NCBI GenBank assembly: GCA_051003195.1
Contig: JBPCLP010000028.1
Span: 53,939 to 117,938 of the forward strand
Origin: Candidatus Sumerlaeaceae bacterium
GTDB taxonomy: Bacteria; Sumerlaeota; Sumerlaeia; Sumerlaeales; Sumerlaeaceae
DNA length: 64,000 bases
Direction: 5' to 3'
Below the pieces are notes generated by a model. That model saw only the letters and a program-made list of their open reading frames with translations. It did no database searches and was not told the origin of the DNA. This document shows positions 20,918-31,378 of the stretch, one piece after another; the stretch's first letter is position 1, and every line of letters begins with the position of its first letter. A program made the translations under genes and the position numbers.

Positions 20918-22639
20918 TTAACATACCTGGTACTCCGCGGTGCTGAGGAGAAGCTGAACCGTCGCGCGAAGATCTTCTTCGGCGACCCGATCAACGGGCA
21001 CTGGCTTACCGGGAGGAACAGCTTGTGCCATGACGTTCTTTAGTTTTTCGCGTTGCGCCGGTTCCAGCGGAAAACCGATAAAATAGGCGGTCAAACCATC
21101 GATAATTTCATCCGAGGTCTTGCCCTGGAACTGCTTAAAAAACTCTCGTGCCTTAAAGGGCGCCCGCTGCATGGCACGTGTTTCGAACGCGTTCGCGCCA
21201 CGTTGCTTTTGCAGCGCCGTGTAAAGTGAGCTGCTCGGAATGTCCCGCGGCATTGCGTCCTGCCCCGCTGGAGCATTTTTCTCCACGTCCGGTCGCATAT
21301 TCTCATCGTTCATGCCCGGGTTCGTGGCCATGCCGTCCATGTTCGACATGGATTCGGCATCGCCATTGCCGTTACCGTCCAGCCTCGCCAGGAACTTCGC
21401 GCCTTGCTTGAGAGCGCCGCCCCCCTTGCCAAAGCCGCCAAAACTGGGCACAACACCGCTGACAAGGTAGTTGGCAAAATTATAGCGGATGAGCAGCGTG
21501 TTCGTGTTGATCCAGGCCTTGCCACCGTCCCAGCCCTTTACGTTTGGCGGAAAGAACAGCGCCTGCCCCATCGCACGCATTGCAAGCTGTGCGACTGGCG
21601 GCTTGGCCTCAAGCGGAGCATTAAGCTGCACCATGAGATTTACCACCAGTTGGGACGGGCTTTTTACCTGCGAGTGCATCGCCCTGTCGCTATAGAACGC
21701 CTCGCTGGAAAACATCTGCCGCAGCAAAGGTTTCAGTTCGTATTTGTTTTTGCGAAGCGTCTCGGCCAGGCCGGTCACTACTTCCTGTTCCGGCTCGTCG
21801 TAGGCAAAGAACTTCCATAATTTCCTGGAGATGAACTCGGCGCACGCGGGCTGTTGCATGATGATGCTGATGATTTTGTCGCCATCGAAGTTGCCGGTCT
21901 GGCCCAGGAAGGTTTTGTTATCGGTGTCGTGCCGGCGGGAATCAAAGAAGTATTGGCCGTCACGATCAGCCCACCCGGTAAATGCGCGCGCAGCTTCCTT
22001 GATGTCATTCTCGGTGTAGTTTCCGATGCCCAGCGTAAACAGTTCCATGAGCTCGCGCGCCCAGTTTTCATTCGGTTTCTGCCGCGTGCTTTGGATCTGA
22101 TCCAGGTAACGCATCATGGCCGGGCTTTTGCCAACGGCGCGCGTCAGCTGGTCGAAATTCGCCGAGGCGTTGGAGCGGAAAATCTGGTTGAGCTGAAGGT
22201 TCGCCTGCGGCTCCTTCACCTTTTCAGCACTTGTTGCAAAGTGACCGTGCCAAAACAGCGCGAGTTTTTCTTCGAGCGGCCGCTGGCTCAACCGCATTCG
22301 CGTGATCCACCACGATTCCAGGCCCACCATTGCTTCTCTGGCTTCCTTTTGCTTTTCCTGCCGAAACTGCCGCTTCTCTTCTTCGGACATTGTCGCAACG
22401 GTCTGGCGCAATTCACGGTAATTGAACCGCTGGGGCAAGTCGCTGGGTGCGGCGGGAGCGACGTCTGGAAGACGCTCGTAATCCACAAACGCCGACACTG
22501 CTTCCTGGGGTTTCATGGCCGCCAGTCGCACAATCGCCATTGGCGGCACGCCAAAGCCGGCGCGATTAAGCAGATGGCGCGCCGTGCGTTCGTTCCACTT
22601 AAACTCCGGGCGGCTGAATGCGGGGTCGAGTAAGCTCAT
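20918..22639 (-). CDS. DUF1800 family protein
   Basis: HLLNRAGFG, LFWHGHFATS, AM..YLD, PNENWARELMELFTLG, AARAFTGW, PPNVKGW; usual partner of DUF1501. Confidence 0.93.
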   Translation of the reverse strand: MSLLDPAFSRPEFKWNERTARHLLNRAGFGVPPMAIVRLAAMKPQEAVSAFVDYERLPDVAPAAPSDLPQRFNYRELRQTVATMSEEEKRQFRQEKQKEAREAMVGLESWWITRMRLSQRPLEEKLALFWHGHFATSAEKVKEPQANLQLNQIFRSNASANFDQLTRAVGKSPAMMRYLDQIQSTRQKPNENWARELMELFTLGIGNYTENDIKEAARAFTGWADRDGQYFFDSRRHDTDNKTFLGQTGNFDGDKIISIIMQQPACAEFISRKLWKFFAYDEPEQEVVTGLAETLRKNKYELKPLLRQMFSSEAFYSDRAMHSQVKSPSQLVVNLMVQLNAPLEAKPPVAQLAMRAMGQALFFPPNVKGWDGGKAWINTNTLLIRYNFANYLVSGVVPSFGGFGKGGGALKQGAKFLARLDGNGNGDAESMSNMDGMATNPGMNDENMRPDVEKNAPAGQDAMPRDIPSSSLYTALQKQRGANAFETRAMQRAPFKAREFFKQFQGKTSDEIIDGLTAYFIGFPLEPAQREKLKNVMAQAVPPGKPVPVDRVAEEDLRATVQLLLSTAEYQVC

Positions 22640-22847
22640 TCCTGGTTATACCTCTAAAGGTAACGCTTCTTTGGAGCAAGAGATTTGCCGCGATCACCTC
22701 ATTTTATAACATGTGCAGATGCAATGACGTGTGTTGAGGGCCTCCTGCGTCTCAGGGACCGGTAATGTACTGCTGTCCTCGTGCCTGTTCCTATTGGAAC
22801 AGAAAGACAATCCCCTCCTTCTACGCAGCCACCGGGAGACTGTGGCT

Positions 22848-23621
22848 TTACGAAAGGGCCTGCGTGTAAGCGTCGCCGATATGAAGGAGCTGTCTGAGTT
22901 CGGGGGTGTGTGCCTTTGTTTTCAAGGCCTCACTCGGTTCGTAACCTGCCCACGGCTTCATCCAGAAGTGACCGTAGTTCATAATGATCGCTTTGCGATC
23001 GTTCGCCGTGTAATTGTTAAACGCCGCGTGATAGACACGCCCATTAAAAAGATACGCCGTGCCGGCTTTGTGCGACATGCGGACGTGGCCCGGCATCTCT
23101 TCCGGGTTTTCCACCTGCGGGAACGGATAGCCATCTGGATACCGATGGCTTCCCGGCATGAATGCGGTTACACCACCATTCGGCTCCGTGTCGGTCAGCA
23201 GGTAGAACACCTTCACCATCAGTGTGCTCATTGGATGATAAACTCCACGCTGCGCGACGTCGTGATGCCAGGAGATGTGAGATACACTATCGCCCGGCTT
23301 CACATGGCCGTCGTTGTCGACCATGGAAATGTCGTCACCGACAAGTTCCCGCACGATTGGAAACATTCGTGAGTGAGCGAGGAGATGTAAAAAAATATCG
23401 TTGTACTCGATGATGCCCAGGATCTGCCGTTCATTCGGCTTTCGGGTGCCTGGAAGGGATGTGTCGGCCTCCCAGCGCTTGTACGCGCAATCGAACGCTG
23501 CCGAGAGTTCACTGAGTTCGTTAGCAGACAGAAAGTTTTCGAATACAAGGTAGCCGTTTGTATCGTACGCGATTTTTTGTTCCCAGCTAAGCGCAGTGGG
23601 TGGTACAAGGACCGTGGTCAT
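22848..23621 (-). CDS. Phytanoyl-CoA dioxygenase (PhyH) family protein
   Basis: YDTNGYL, WHHD (HxD), PGSH, AG...FNGRVYHAA; start set at MTTVL. Confidence 0.87.
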   Translation of the reverse strand: MTTVLVPPTALSWEQKIAYDTNGYLVFENFLSANELSELSAAFDCAYKRWEADTSLPGTRKPNERQILGIIEYNDIFLHLLAHSRMFPIVRELVGDDISMVDNDGHVKPGDSVSHISWHHDVAQRGVYHPMSTLMVKVFYLLTDTEPNGGVTAFMPGSHRYPDGYPFPQVENPEEMPGHVRMSHKAGTAYLFNGRVYHAAFNNYTANDRKAIIMNYGHFWMKPWAGYEPSEALKTKAHTPELRQLLHIGDAYTQALS

Positions 23622-23827
23622 AACGCGAGAAGCCTCTGACGGGTAAAAGTTGAAGAAGTTCAATCGACTATAAACCCGCGACTATAATCAAGCGCATTGT
23701 TTTTACACGAGGCAACGGAGAACGGGGTAGCGTCGCAGGAGCTCTCCCGCGCTTTTGATTGTTTACTCCGCTATAAGCAAATCGCCGTGGCATTTGAACC
23801 GGCAGGAATGCCTATCCTGCAACGGAC

Positions 23828-25474
23828 CTATCTAAGTCGCCACCAGTTCATGATGACATCGTTAAAAGTGATGGCGAGCGCGAGGCCAATGATCAGGAAC
23901 GTAAACGTGTTATAAATCACCAGCATGAACTTCGCCGGTAGCGGCCGCCGGATAATTGCTTCGATGGTGGAGAAAAGTATGTGCCCGCCATCCAGTATCG
24001 GAAGCGGCAGCAGGTTGGTAATGGCAAGGATCACGTTAAAGCTGATGAAAAGCGTCAGGTAGTACATCCAGCCTTCGTTGGCAGCTTTGTAGGCCATCGT
24101 ACCAATCGCGATCGGGCCACCCACATTCTCACGAACCGTCTGAAAGCTCGACTGCAACAGGTCGCCGATACCGATGATATAGCGAACGCCGAAATTATAA
24201 GCACCGGTAAATCCGCCGATGAACGCTTCCCCAAATGGACGCTTTACAAAGTCGGTAAACGGGCCCGGCCCGAAGGCGATCCCGATCTGCCCAAGCTTTG
24301 GGTTTTCGGGATGCGGCCGAACATCGACCTGTAACGTAACAGTAGAATAACCCGATTTCGCACTGCCCCGTTTTACTTCAACCGGAACCGTTTCTCCCAG
24401 GTGCTTTCGAATCTCGCGTGTCGCCCGTACTGCAGAGGTTACGGGCACGTTCGCAACCGACACAATCTCATCGCCGACACGAATGCCTGCCTTCTCCGCC
24501 GGCAGGTTGGGAATAGGCTGTACCACGTACGCAGGTTGATGTGGCTGCAGAGACAGCTGCAGCCAATCTTCGCCAGCCAGCGCCAGCAGCGGTGCGGACG
24601 TCGAAATGTTTTCGCCGGACTTTGTGTGGACCACGACCGAAACCGGTTCCTTTTTCCCGACGCTAAGCAGGTAGTCGACTGCTCGAATGATCGACTTGCT
24701 CGTGCCGACCTTCTTTCCATTAAGCTCGATTACTTTTCCTTCGGGAAGCTGATGCTCGACGGGCGGCTCCGACGGAATTTCGGTAGTTATCGTTGTGCCG
24801 GCACGTTCAACGACAGCGCCCACGTAAGCGGGCTTCTTGTCGGACTTGACGGCTTTCTGGTAGGCGACCAAGATATCGATGTATTCTTTAGTGGGCCGTC
24901 CGTTTACCGAAAGCACCCGGTCCCCCGGCTGAAGTCCGGCTCTCGAGACATCCACGTGTTCAACGGACTCGACAATCGGCAACGTGGGTGCAGGTTCGTG
25001 ATGGCCGATCCAGTCCATTAAGAACAGCACGCAGACCGCGGTCAGGAAATTGTTAATACACCCGGCGCTGAACACCAGTATCTTCTGCCAGTACGGCTTG
25101 CTGCGCAGCGCGTCGACCTCCCGGACGACGCTCGCGCCGAGGCTCACCGGAGCCGGTGCGCTCAGTTCCGCGGCCGCAAGTTCTGCGTCGGCTTCCTGCT
25201 CTGGAGTTGCGGGCTTCTCGCCGGAGATGATCTCCTCCATCTCCTTGCTCATCGTTCCCACCATTTTCACGTAGCCACCCAGTGGGATCGCAGAAATACA
25301 GTACTCGGTCTGGCCGCGCTTTACCTTCCAGATTTTCTTCCCGAAGCCAATCGAGAAGGTCTCCACGGCGACACCGAAAAGCTTGGCGAACATGTAGTGG
25401 CCAAGCTCGTGGATGAAAATCGCGAAGGAGATCAGGACAACTACCGCGACTCCGCCGCGCAGAATGTCGATCAT
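23828..25474 (-). CDS. rseP: RIP metalloprotease RseP (M50) with PDZ domains
   Basis: IHELGH, FSIGFG, IPLGGYVKM, PDZ repeats, NLLPLPILDGGH; coupled to dxr. Confidence 0.95.
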   Translation of the reverse strand: MIDILRGGVAVVVLISFAIFIHELGHYMFAKLFGVAVETFSIGFGKKIWKVKRGQTEYCISAIPLGGYVKMVGTMSKEMEEIISGEKPATPEQEADAELAAAELSAPAPVSLGASVVREVDALRSKPYWQKILVFSAGCINNFLTAVCVLFLMDWIGHHEPAPTLPIVESVEHVDVSRAGLQPGDRVLSVNGRPTKEYIDILVAYQKAVKSDKKPAYVGAVVERAGTTITTEIPSEPPVEHQLPEGKVIELNGKKVGTSKSIIRAVDYLLSVGKKEPVSVVVHTKSGENISTSAPLLALAGEDWLQLSLQPHQPAYVVQPIPNLPAEKAGIRVGDEIVSVANVPVTSAVRATREIRKHLGETVPVEVKRGSAKSGYSTVTLQVDVRPHPENPKLGQIGIAFGPGPFTDFVKRPFGEAFIGGFTGAYNFGVRYIIGIGDLLQSSFQTVRENVGGPIAIGTMAYKAANEGWMYYLTLFISFNVILAITNLLPLPILDGGHILFSTIEAIIRRPLPAKFMLVIYNTFTFLIIGLALAITFNDVIMNWWRLR

Positions 25475-26625
25475 GCGAACTGCCTTTGGCGCGCATGTTC
25501 GCGCGCCCAGCGATCTGCAGCCTGGATCTGGTCCAGGGTCTCGGCCGACAGCGGATCATGGGCCTGGAGCGCGTCGTAAACGGTCTCCGGAATTCCCAGG
25601 AACGGTATTTCTTCTGCCAGAAAGCGCGCGACAGCCACTTCATTCGCGGCGTTCAGCACAGCGGGATAAGTTCCTCCGCGCTCGGCCGCATCGTATGCAT
25701 ATCTCAGGCATGGGAAGCTGTCCAGGTCCGGCTGCTCGAACGTCAGAGTTCCCAGCCGCGCCAGATCCAGCGCCGCAAAACGATTGGGGCGCCGCTCGGG
25801 ATACATCAGCACGTTTTGGATTGGCAGGTACATGTCGGTCGTTCCCATTTGGGCAATGATTGAGCCATCGACATATTCCACCATGGAGTGAACCGTGCTT
25901 TGCGGATGCACCAGTACATCCACGCGACTCGCGGGTATTCCAAAAAGGTGGGCGGCTTCCATCACTTCGAAACCTTTGTTCATCAGAGTAGCGCTATCTA
26001 TGGTAATTTTCGGTCCCATGTTCCAGGTGGGGTGACGCAGTGCAGCTTCCGGCGTAATACTTTGCATCGTGTCGCGACCCGCACCGCGAAAAGGTCCTCC
26101 GCTTGCTGTGAGGATGATCCGGCGAACCGCCGCGCCGCCGCACCCGTTCAGGCACTGGAAAACCGCGTTGTGCTCGCTGTCTATTGGAAGAATCGCCACG
26201 TCGTTCCCACGCGCCGCTTCCATCACCAGGTGACCTGCCGTGACCAGCACTTCCTTGTTGGCAAGTGCGACAGTCATACGCCGCTCAATGGCTCGCAAAG
26301 TAGGCAGCAGGCCTACAAAGCCCACCGTGGCCACGACAACCATGTCGGCTTCGTATTGGTCAATCAGTTCCACCAAGCCGTTGTCGCCAGTGTGGAATCG
26401 CGCGCCAACCGATGCCGCAGCATCCCGGGCAATGTTCGTGTTCTCACTGTTCCGAAGGCAAATCGCCTGCGGCCGGAAACGCAGTGTTTGCTCGGCCAGC
26501 AGTTCCGAGCGTGCGTTGGTGCTTAAGGCAACGACCTCGAACTCATCGGCGAAATCCGCGACGACTTCCAGCGCCTTAGTTCCAATCGAGCCGGTGGAAC
26601 CGAGGATGATCAGGCGCTTTTTCAT
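25471..26625 (-). CDS. dxr: 1-deoxy-D-xylulose 5-phosphate reductoisomerase
   Basis: LGSTGSIG, LANKE, PIDSEH, LTASGGPFR, HPTWNMGPKITIDSATLMNKGFE, NAANEVAV. Confidence 0.98.
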   Translation of the reverse strand: MKKRLIILGSTGSIGTKALEVVADFADEFEVVALSTNARSELLAEQTLRFRPQAICLRNSENTNIARDAAASVGARFHTGDNGLVELIDQYEADMVVVATVGFVGLLPTLRAIERRMTVALANKEVLVTAGHLVMEAARGNDVAILPIDSEHNAVFQCLNGCGGAAVRRIILTASGGPFRGAGRDTMQSITPEAALRHPTWNMGPKITIDSATLMNKGFEVMEAAHLFGIPASRVDVLVHPQSTVHSMVEYVDGSIIAQMGTTDMYLPIQNVLMYPERRPNRFAALDLARLGTLTFEQPDLDSFPCLRYAYDAAERGGTYPAVLNAANEVAVARFLAEEIPFLGIPETVYDALQAHDPLSAETLDQIQAADRWAREHARQRQFA

Positions 26626-26848
26626 GCGGTTTGGTTATAGGAAGCTGGCTTTAGCCTATTCAAATTCGGCCTATCTGAATTTCTGACCGGCTTTGCCGAC
26701 TGGCTCTTCCACCGGTCATCTCCGACTGCCATACGTAGCGTATGTTCAACCTGCCGCATTTTGCGCTCCGAACGACTGGTGATTCGCTCGCCTACGCGTT
26801 GTTTATCCTCTGTGCCATGCGGTCCGCAGCATTTCCGCAACGAGAGGT

Positions 26849-27625
26849 CTACTCCTCCTCATCGCCGAAGCCCGTCATATAGTCATCCGAGGCGCCAGAA
26901 TCTGCCTCCTCGGTTGCCGCCACCGTCTCGGCGACCGGGCCACGGCGGCCGCCGGGATGCGGCTTGAGCATTCGCCGATCCCGTGCTGCCTCGGTTTCCT
27001 CTCCCGGACAAACCACGATGTGACGCTCCATGCCTTCACCACGGCTGATCGTGTAAATGCCGCGGATCTCCTTGAGGCTGTTATGAATGATCTTCCGTTC
27101 GCTGGCGCTCATCACTTCGAGGTCCACCTCGACTCCTTCGCGCAACGCACGCCGCGCGGCCCGCTCAGCCTGTTGCTCAAGCCGCGCGATGCGCTTTTCA
27201 CGGTAGCCCTCGCAGTCGACATAAACCGGGTACAGATCGCGGGCACCATGCACCACCATACGATTTACCAGTACCTGCAGCGCATCCAGGTTCTGTCCGT
27301 TTCGGCCGATAATCAGCGAGCCCTCCCCGCCGGCGTGGATGTTCAGAATCGTTCCGATCTTTCGTCGCAGCACTTCCACATGTGCCCGCGCACCGATCAA
27401 CTCCAGCATTTTGCGCAGGTGCTCTTTCGCCCGGTTGACCAGTACGTCTTCGCGCACCTGGAGCCGTAGCGTCACACCCGGCAGCGGCTCGGCACCCGGA
27501 AGAATATCATCGTGCGCTGAGGAAAGCAGCGTGGTCTCTACAGCATCCAGGGAAACTCCGAGCTGACGCAGCCCCTCGGCAAGTGCCTGCTGTTCTGTAT
27601 CGGCGGAAATATCGATTGAAATCAT
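26849..27625 (-). CDS. jag: RNA-binding protein Jag/KhpB (KH + R3H)
   Basis: LIIGRNGQNLDALQ KH GxxG loop, VD.EGYR..R, ERKIIH R3H motif, SRGEG..R. Confidence 0.92.
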   Translation of the reverse strand: MISIDISADTEQQALAEGLRQLGVSLDAVETTLLSSAHDDILPGAEPLPGVTLRLQVREDVLVNRAKEHLRKMLELIGARAHVEVLRRKIGTILNIHAGGEGSLIIGRNGQNLDALQVLVNRMVVHGARDLYPVYVDCEGYREKRIARLEQQAERAARRALREGVEVDLEVMSASERKIIHNSLKEIRGIYTISRGEGMERHIVVCPGEETEAARDRRMLKPHPGGRRGPVAETVAATEEADSGASDDYMTGFGDEEE

Positions 27626-27736
27626 CGTGGGGGGTAACGTCGCGGCAGGAAATCGACACGCAAGTCTTTATGCAAAACATAATATCGTGTTCAAAATCAT
27701 GGTCGCCTTTCTGCCTGACGCTTCCCATAGGTGGGA

Positions 27737-28384
27737 TTAATCTGTTGTCTTCTGAAACTCAAGGCTTCGCCACAGGTACCAGCAGGCTATTGTGGCGTAT
27801 GGATGCCAGCGCTGCGCAATCTTCTCAGACTTTTTGCGATCCGGCAACTCCTTCAAACCGTACACATTTCGCATTGCGGCGCGAACTCCATAGTCGCCCC
27901 ACGCGAAAACGTCGGGCCTGCCAAGGCAGAACATCAGGAACATGTGCGCCGTCCATACCCCAATTCCATGTACCTGGGTCAGCGCCTCAATTACCTCGTC
28001 GTTGGATAACTTGTGAATTGCGGGCAGATTGAGCCGGCCATCGGTCACCCGTGCGGCAAGGTCGTGCACGTAGGAAGCCTTCTGGCGCGACAGTCCCGCC
28101 GCGCGTAAATCCTCCACGGAAGCCGCGCTTAGTTTGTTCACACAGAACGCGCCATCTTCACCACGGCTGAGTTTCTGCACGCGATCGAAAATCGCGCGTG
28201 CAACACCGGTCGAAATCTGCTGGGAAACAATGGACCGGATCAGCATCTCCAGCCGGTCCGACTGCAGGCGCAGGCCGAATGCACCCGCACGTGTAATGAC
28301 TTTGGCGAGAACAGGATCACACGCTGAAAGATGCTCGAGCGCTTCATTAACCGTGCTCGATGGGATCCGGGTTTGTGACGGCAT
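27737..28384 (-). CDS. alkA: DNA-3-methyladenine glycosylase II (HhH-GPD)
   Basis: SIVSQQIST, GLSRQK, LTQVHGIGVWTA.MFL.F.LGRPDV...D.G. Confidence 0.9.
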   Translation of the reverse strand: MPSQTRIPSSTVNEALEHLSACDPVLAKVITRAGAFGLRLQSDRLEMLIRSIVSQQISTGVARAIFDRVQKLSRGEDGAFCVNKLSAASVEDLRAAGLSRQKASYVHDLAARVTDGRLNLPAIHKLSNDEVIEALTQVHGIGVWTAHMFLMFCLGRPDVFAWGDYGVRAAMRNVYGLKELPDRKKSEKIAQRWHPYATIACWYLWRSLEFQKTTD

Positions 28385-28459
28385 AGTACTTCAGTCATAA
28401 GAATCTCTAAGTAACGTCTGCAAGTCCCGCGGAAGGGGCAATCTCCCGGAATGAACTGG

Positions 28460-28888
28460 TTACTTCTGTAATATCAGTTCACGCCCCCAGATGTAGACAA
28501 ATTCGAAAAATGCTTTGCCGCTGGCTGCGAACAAAATAAAGCATCCTGCGCCCGTGATTAGCCAGCCGAGTACGTCACGCTGCTCGTAGGGCTTTTGGTA
28601 CCACCACCCAAAAATCGGCTGCAGCGCGAATGTAAACGCGTAACCGACCAGCCACGGAGTTGCTGTCGCAGTGCACCCAGGGAACGGACAACTAAAGAGA
28701 TTGCCATGCACTCCGATGTGAAAAACTATTAAAAACCCGAATAGCAGCATCGCCCCGTTGGAAAGTATTTCGGGAACGGGCAGGTCACTGAGTTTCTGCT
28801 GTCGTACGGCCCGACAGCCGAGCAACAAAATCCAACCGACGGCAGCCATGCAGACAAAAAGTGCGATGCCGTTCAAGGTTGCGCTCAT
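28460..28888 (-). CDS. Hypothetical 4-TM membrane protein
   Basis: Hydrophobic C-terminal half of the listed 288-aa ORF from MSATLNG; the upstream part is a gltX shadow. Confidence 0.55.
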   Translation of the reverse strand: MSATLNGIALFVCMAAVGWILLLGCRAVRQQKLSDLPVPEILSNGAMLLFGFLIVFHIGVHGNLFSCPFPGCTATATPWLVGYAFTFALQPIFGWWYQKPYEQRDVLGWLITGAGCFILFAASGKAFFEFVYIWGRELILQK

Positions 28889-28990
28889 AGGTACGATTAA
28901 GGAGTCTACCGAGTTACCCGGCAAGGCAAGTAAGTAACACGAACGCTTTGTTCTTGAAGCCTGCCGTACCCTCGCCGGTACGTACACGCC

Positions 28991-30484
28991 ATGACCGATT
29001 CCATAACTCCCGCCCGCGTGCGTTTTGCACCAAGCCCGACCGGCTACCTCCACATCGGCGGCGCCCGCACCGCCCTCTTTAATTGGCTGTTCGCGCGGCA
29101 CACCGGCGGCAAATTCCTGCTGCGGATCGAGGACACCGACCTTGAGCGCTCGACGCTCGAAAGCGTTCAGCAGATTCTGGATAGCCTGCATTGGCTCGGG
29201 CTGCATGCCGATGAACCCGTCGAATACCAGACGCAGCGTGCGGAGCTGCACCGCCAGTACGTACAACGGCTGATCGAAACCGGCGCAGCCTATCATGATT
29301 TCTGCACGAAGGACCGCCTCGAACAACTGCGTGAGCAGGCCAAGGCTGAGGGGCGGCCGTTTGCATACCGTCGCTCACTTGTGCCGCCCCACGAAATGGA
29401 ACGCTACCGGGCAGCAGGTGAGCCTGGTGTGATTCGCCTCATTGCGCCCGAGGAGGGCAGCACCGGTTTTGACGATCTCGTTTATGGACGAATCGATGTG
29501 CCGAACTCTAACATTGGCGACTTTGTCATAGCCCGCGCCGACGGTTCACCGTTGTACAACTTCACCAACGCGATTGATGACATCGACATGCGCATCACGC
29601 ATGTCTGCCGCGGTGAGGACCATGTAAGCAACACCTCGCGCCAGGTGCTTGTTTACCAGGCGCTTGGTGTTACCCCGCCTCTGTTCGCGCACCTGCCTCT
29701 CATTCTTGGGACCGACAAAAAGCGTCTCTCGAAGCGCCACGGTGCGACTAGCGTGATGCAGTTCCGCGACGATGGCATCCTGCCGCAGGCACTGATAAAC
29801 TTCGTCGCGCTGCTCGGCTGGGCTCCCGAGGGCGAGGCCGAGTTTGAAGAGGTGATGACCATCGACCAGCTCATTTCAAAATTCACGCTCGATAAAGTGA
29901 ACCGAAGTTCCGCCGTCTTCGACTATGAAAAGCTGCATTGGATGGACGGCGTGTACATTCGGCAGATGCCGAAGGAGCAGCTGTACGCAGCGGTCGTGCC
30001 GCAGCTGGATGCGCACTACGGCGCCGCCGGTGGACCTGAGGAACACGCCACGCGCGGCGGATGGCTGCGCGGAATCATCGACCTGCAGATCGAACGCTCG
30101 CGTACCCTCAACGATTTCGCGAAGAATCTCGATTACTTCTTTGCGGCACCTGCGGACTATGAGGAGAAGGCGGTGAAAAAATTTCTGGCGACCGCGGAGC
30201 AATTGCAGCAGGTGCGTGAAACCATAACCGAGATGCAGAACGCCTGGCCTGCCACTGCTGGCGTCTCCCGCGAGGAACTCTCGACGGCACTGGATACCCA
30301 TCTGCGACAATGGTCGGAGACAAAGGGACTGAAATTCGGAAATGTGGTGCCCCCCATCCGGCTCGCACTTACGGGCCGTACTGCGTCCCCGCCCCTCTTC
30401 GACGTGATCTACTACCTGGGTAAGGATGAGGTGCTGCGCCGCATGCGGAACATGCTGGATACAATTACTCCTCCAGTCTCTTAG
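28991..30484 (+). CDS. gltX: Glutamate-tRNA ligase
   Basis: RFAPSPTGYLHIGG (HIGH), LRIEDTD, RGEDH, KRLSKRHG (KMSKS), anticodon-binding RLALTG..SP. Confidence 0.97.
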   Translation: MTDSITPARVRFAPSPTGYLHIGGARTALFNWLFARHTGGKFLLRIEDTDLERSTLESVQQILDSLHWLGLHADEPVEYQTQRAELHRQYVQRLIETGAAYHDFCTKDRLEQLREQAKAEGRPFAYRRSLVPPHEMERYRAAGEPGVIRLIAPEEGSTGFDDLVYGRIDVPNSNIGDFVIARADGSPLYNFTNAIDDIDMRITHVCRGEDHVSNTSRQVLVYQALGVTPPLFAHLPLILGTDKKRLSKRHGATSVMQFRDDGILPQALINFVALLGWAPEGEAEFEEVMTIDQLISKFTLDKVNRSSAVFDYEKLHWMDGVYIRQMPKEQLYAAVVPQLDAHYGAAGGPEEHATRGGWLRGIIDLQIERSRTLNDFAKNLDYFFAAPADYEEKAVKKFLATAEQLQQVRETITEMQNAWPATAGVSREELSTALDTHLRQWSETKGLKFGNVVPPIRLALTGRTASPPLFDVIYYLGKDEVLRRMRNMLDTITPPVS

Positions 30485-31335
30485 CCGCGGCTGACCTTGT
30501 CGCGAAGAGCGTCTCCCAGGATGTTAAAAGCCAGTATTGTTATGCAGATCGCGCCCGCAGGATAAATCAGCAGGTGGGGCGACGAACGCAGGTTGCGGGT
30601 GCCTTCTGCCGCAAGGCTGCCCCAGCTTGCATCCGGTGCCGGCACGCCGAGCCCGATGTAGCTGAGAAACGCTTCGATGAATATGGCCTCTGGTATGAAC
30701 AGCGTCAGGGTCACCAGGATCACCCCCACCGCGTTCGGCAGCATGTGTCGGCCCAGTATGCGGGCGGGACCTGCCCCCAACGCCCGCGCCGCCGCGACAA
30801 ACTCACGGCTCTTCAGACTTAGCACTTCCCCGCGCACCAGTCGCGCCATGTTCAGCCAGTATGTAAGGCCGATCGCGATGTAGATATTGCGGATGCCCTG
30901 GTCCAGATAAACCATTAACATGATCACCACCAGTATCGTCGGCACACCGTACAGTACATCGACGATACGCATCATAAGCGTGTCCGTGAGACCGCCGCTA
31001 TAACCGGCAACCGCCCCCCATACCACACCTATCAGAAGATTAATAGCCGCCGCAATCAGCGCAATGCGCAGCGAAATACGCGCGCCAACCAGCAGCCGCG
31101 CAGCCATGTCGCGCCCCAGGGAATCTGTACCCGCGGGATGAGCAGCGCTTGGCGGCTGGTATGTTTCTTCGTAGTTCGTCGCGTTCGGGTCATAGGTCGT
31201 CACGCGCACAGGACCCATGATCGCCAGCCCAAATACCACGACCAGGATAATGCCAGACAACAACAGAAGCGGCTTGCGCGCAATACGACAGCGCTTTACG
31301 ATCCCCCCGCGGCACAGGTCCCCTGCAGCATCCAT
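30481..31335 (-). CDS. oppC: Oligo/dipeptide ABC transporter permease (OppC/DppC); start uncertain
   Basis: HPAGTDSLGRD, GARISL, EFVAAARALGA (EAA loop), EAFLSYIGLG..P.ASWG, FNILGDALRD. Confidence 0.9.
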   Translation of the reverse strand: MDAAGDLCRGGIVKRCRIARKPLLLLSGIILVVVFGLAIMGPVRVTTYDPNATNYEETYQPPSAAHPAGTDSLGRDMAARLLVGARISLRIALIAAAINLLIGVVWGAVAGYSGGLTDTLMMRIVDVLYGVPTILVVIMLMVYLDQGIRNIYIAIGLTYWLNMARLVRGEVLSLKSREFVAAARALGAGPARILGRHMLPNAVGVILVTLTLFIPEAIFIEAFLSYIGLGVPAPDASWGSLAAEGTRNLRSSPHLLIYPAGAICITILAFNILGDALRDKVSRG

Positions 31336-31378
31336 GCGGTTCCCGGCGCTCGCCAGCAAGGGGCGGCTGTTTCACCAC

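Noticed and set aside
26622..26840. 72-aa ORF between jag and dxr
   Set aside because: No motif or clear SD; cannot be supported.
28889..29326. N-terminal half of the listed 288-aa minus ORF
   Set aside because: Mostly antisense to gltX; only the hydrophobic part from 28888 is retained.
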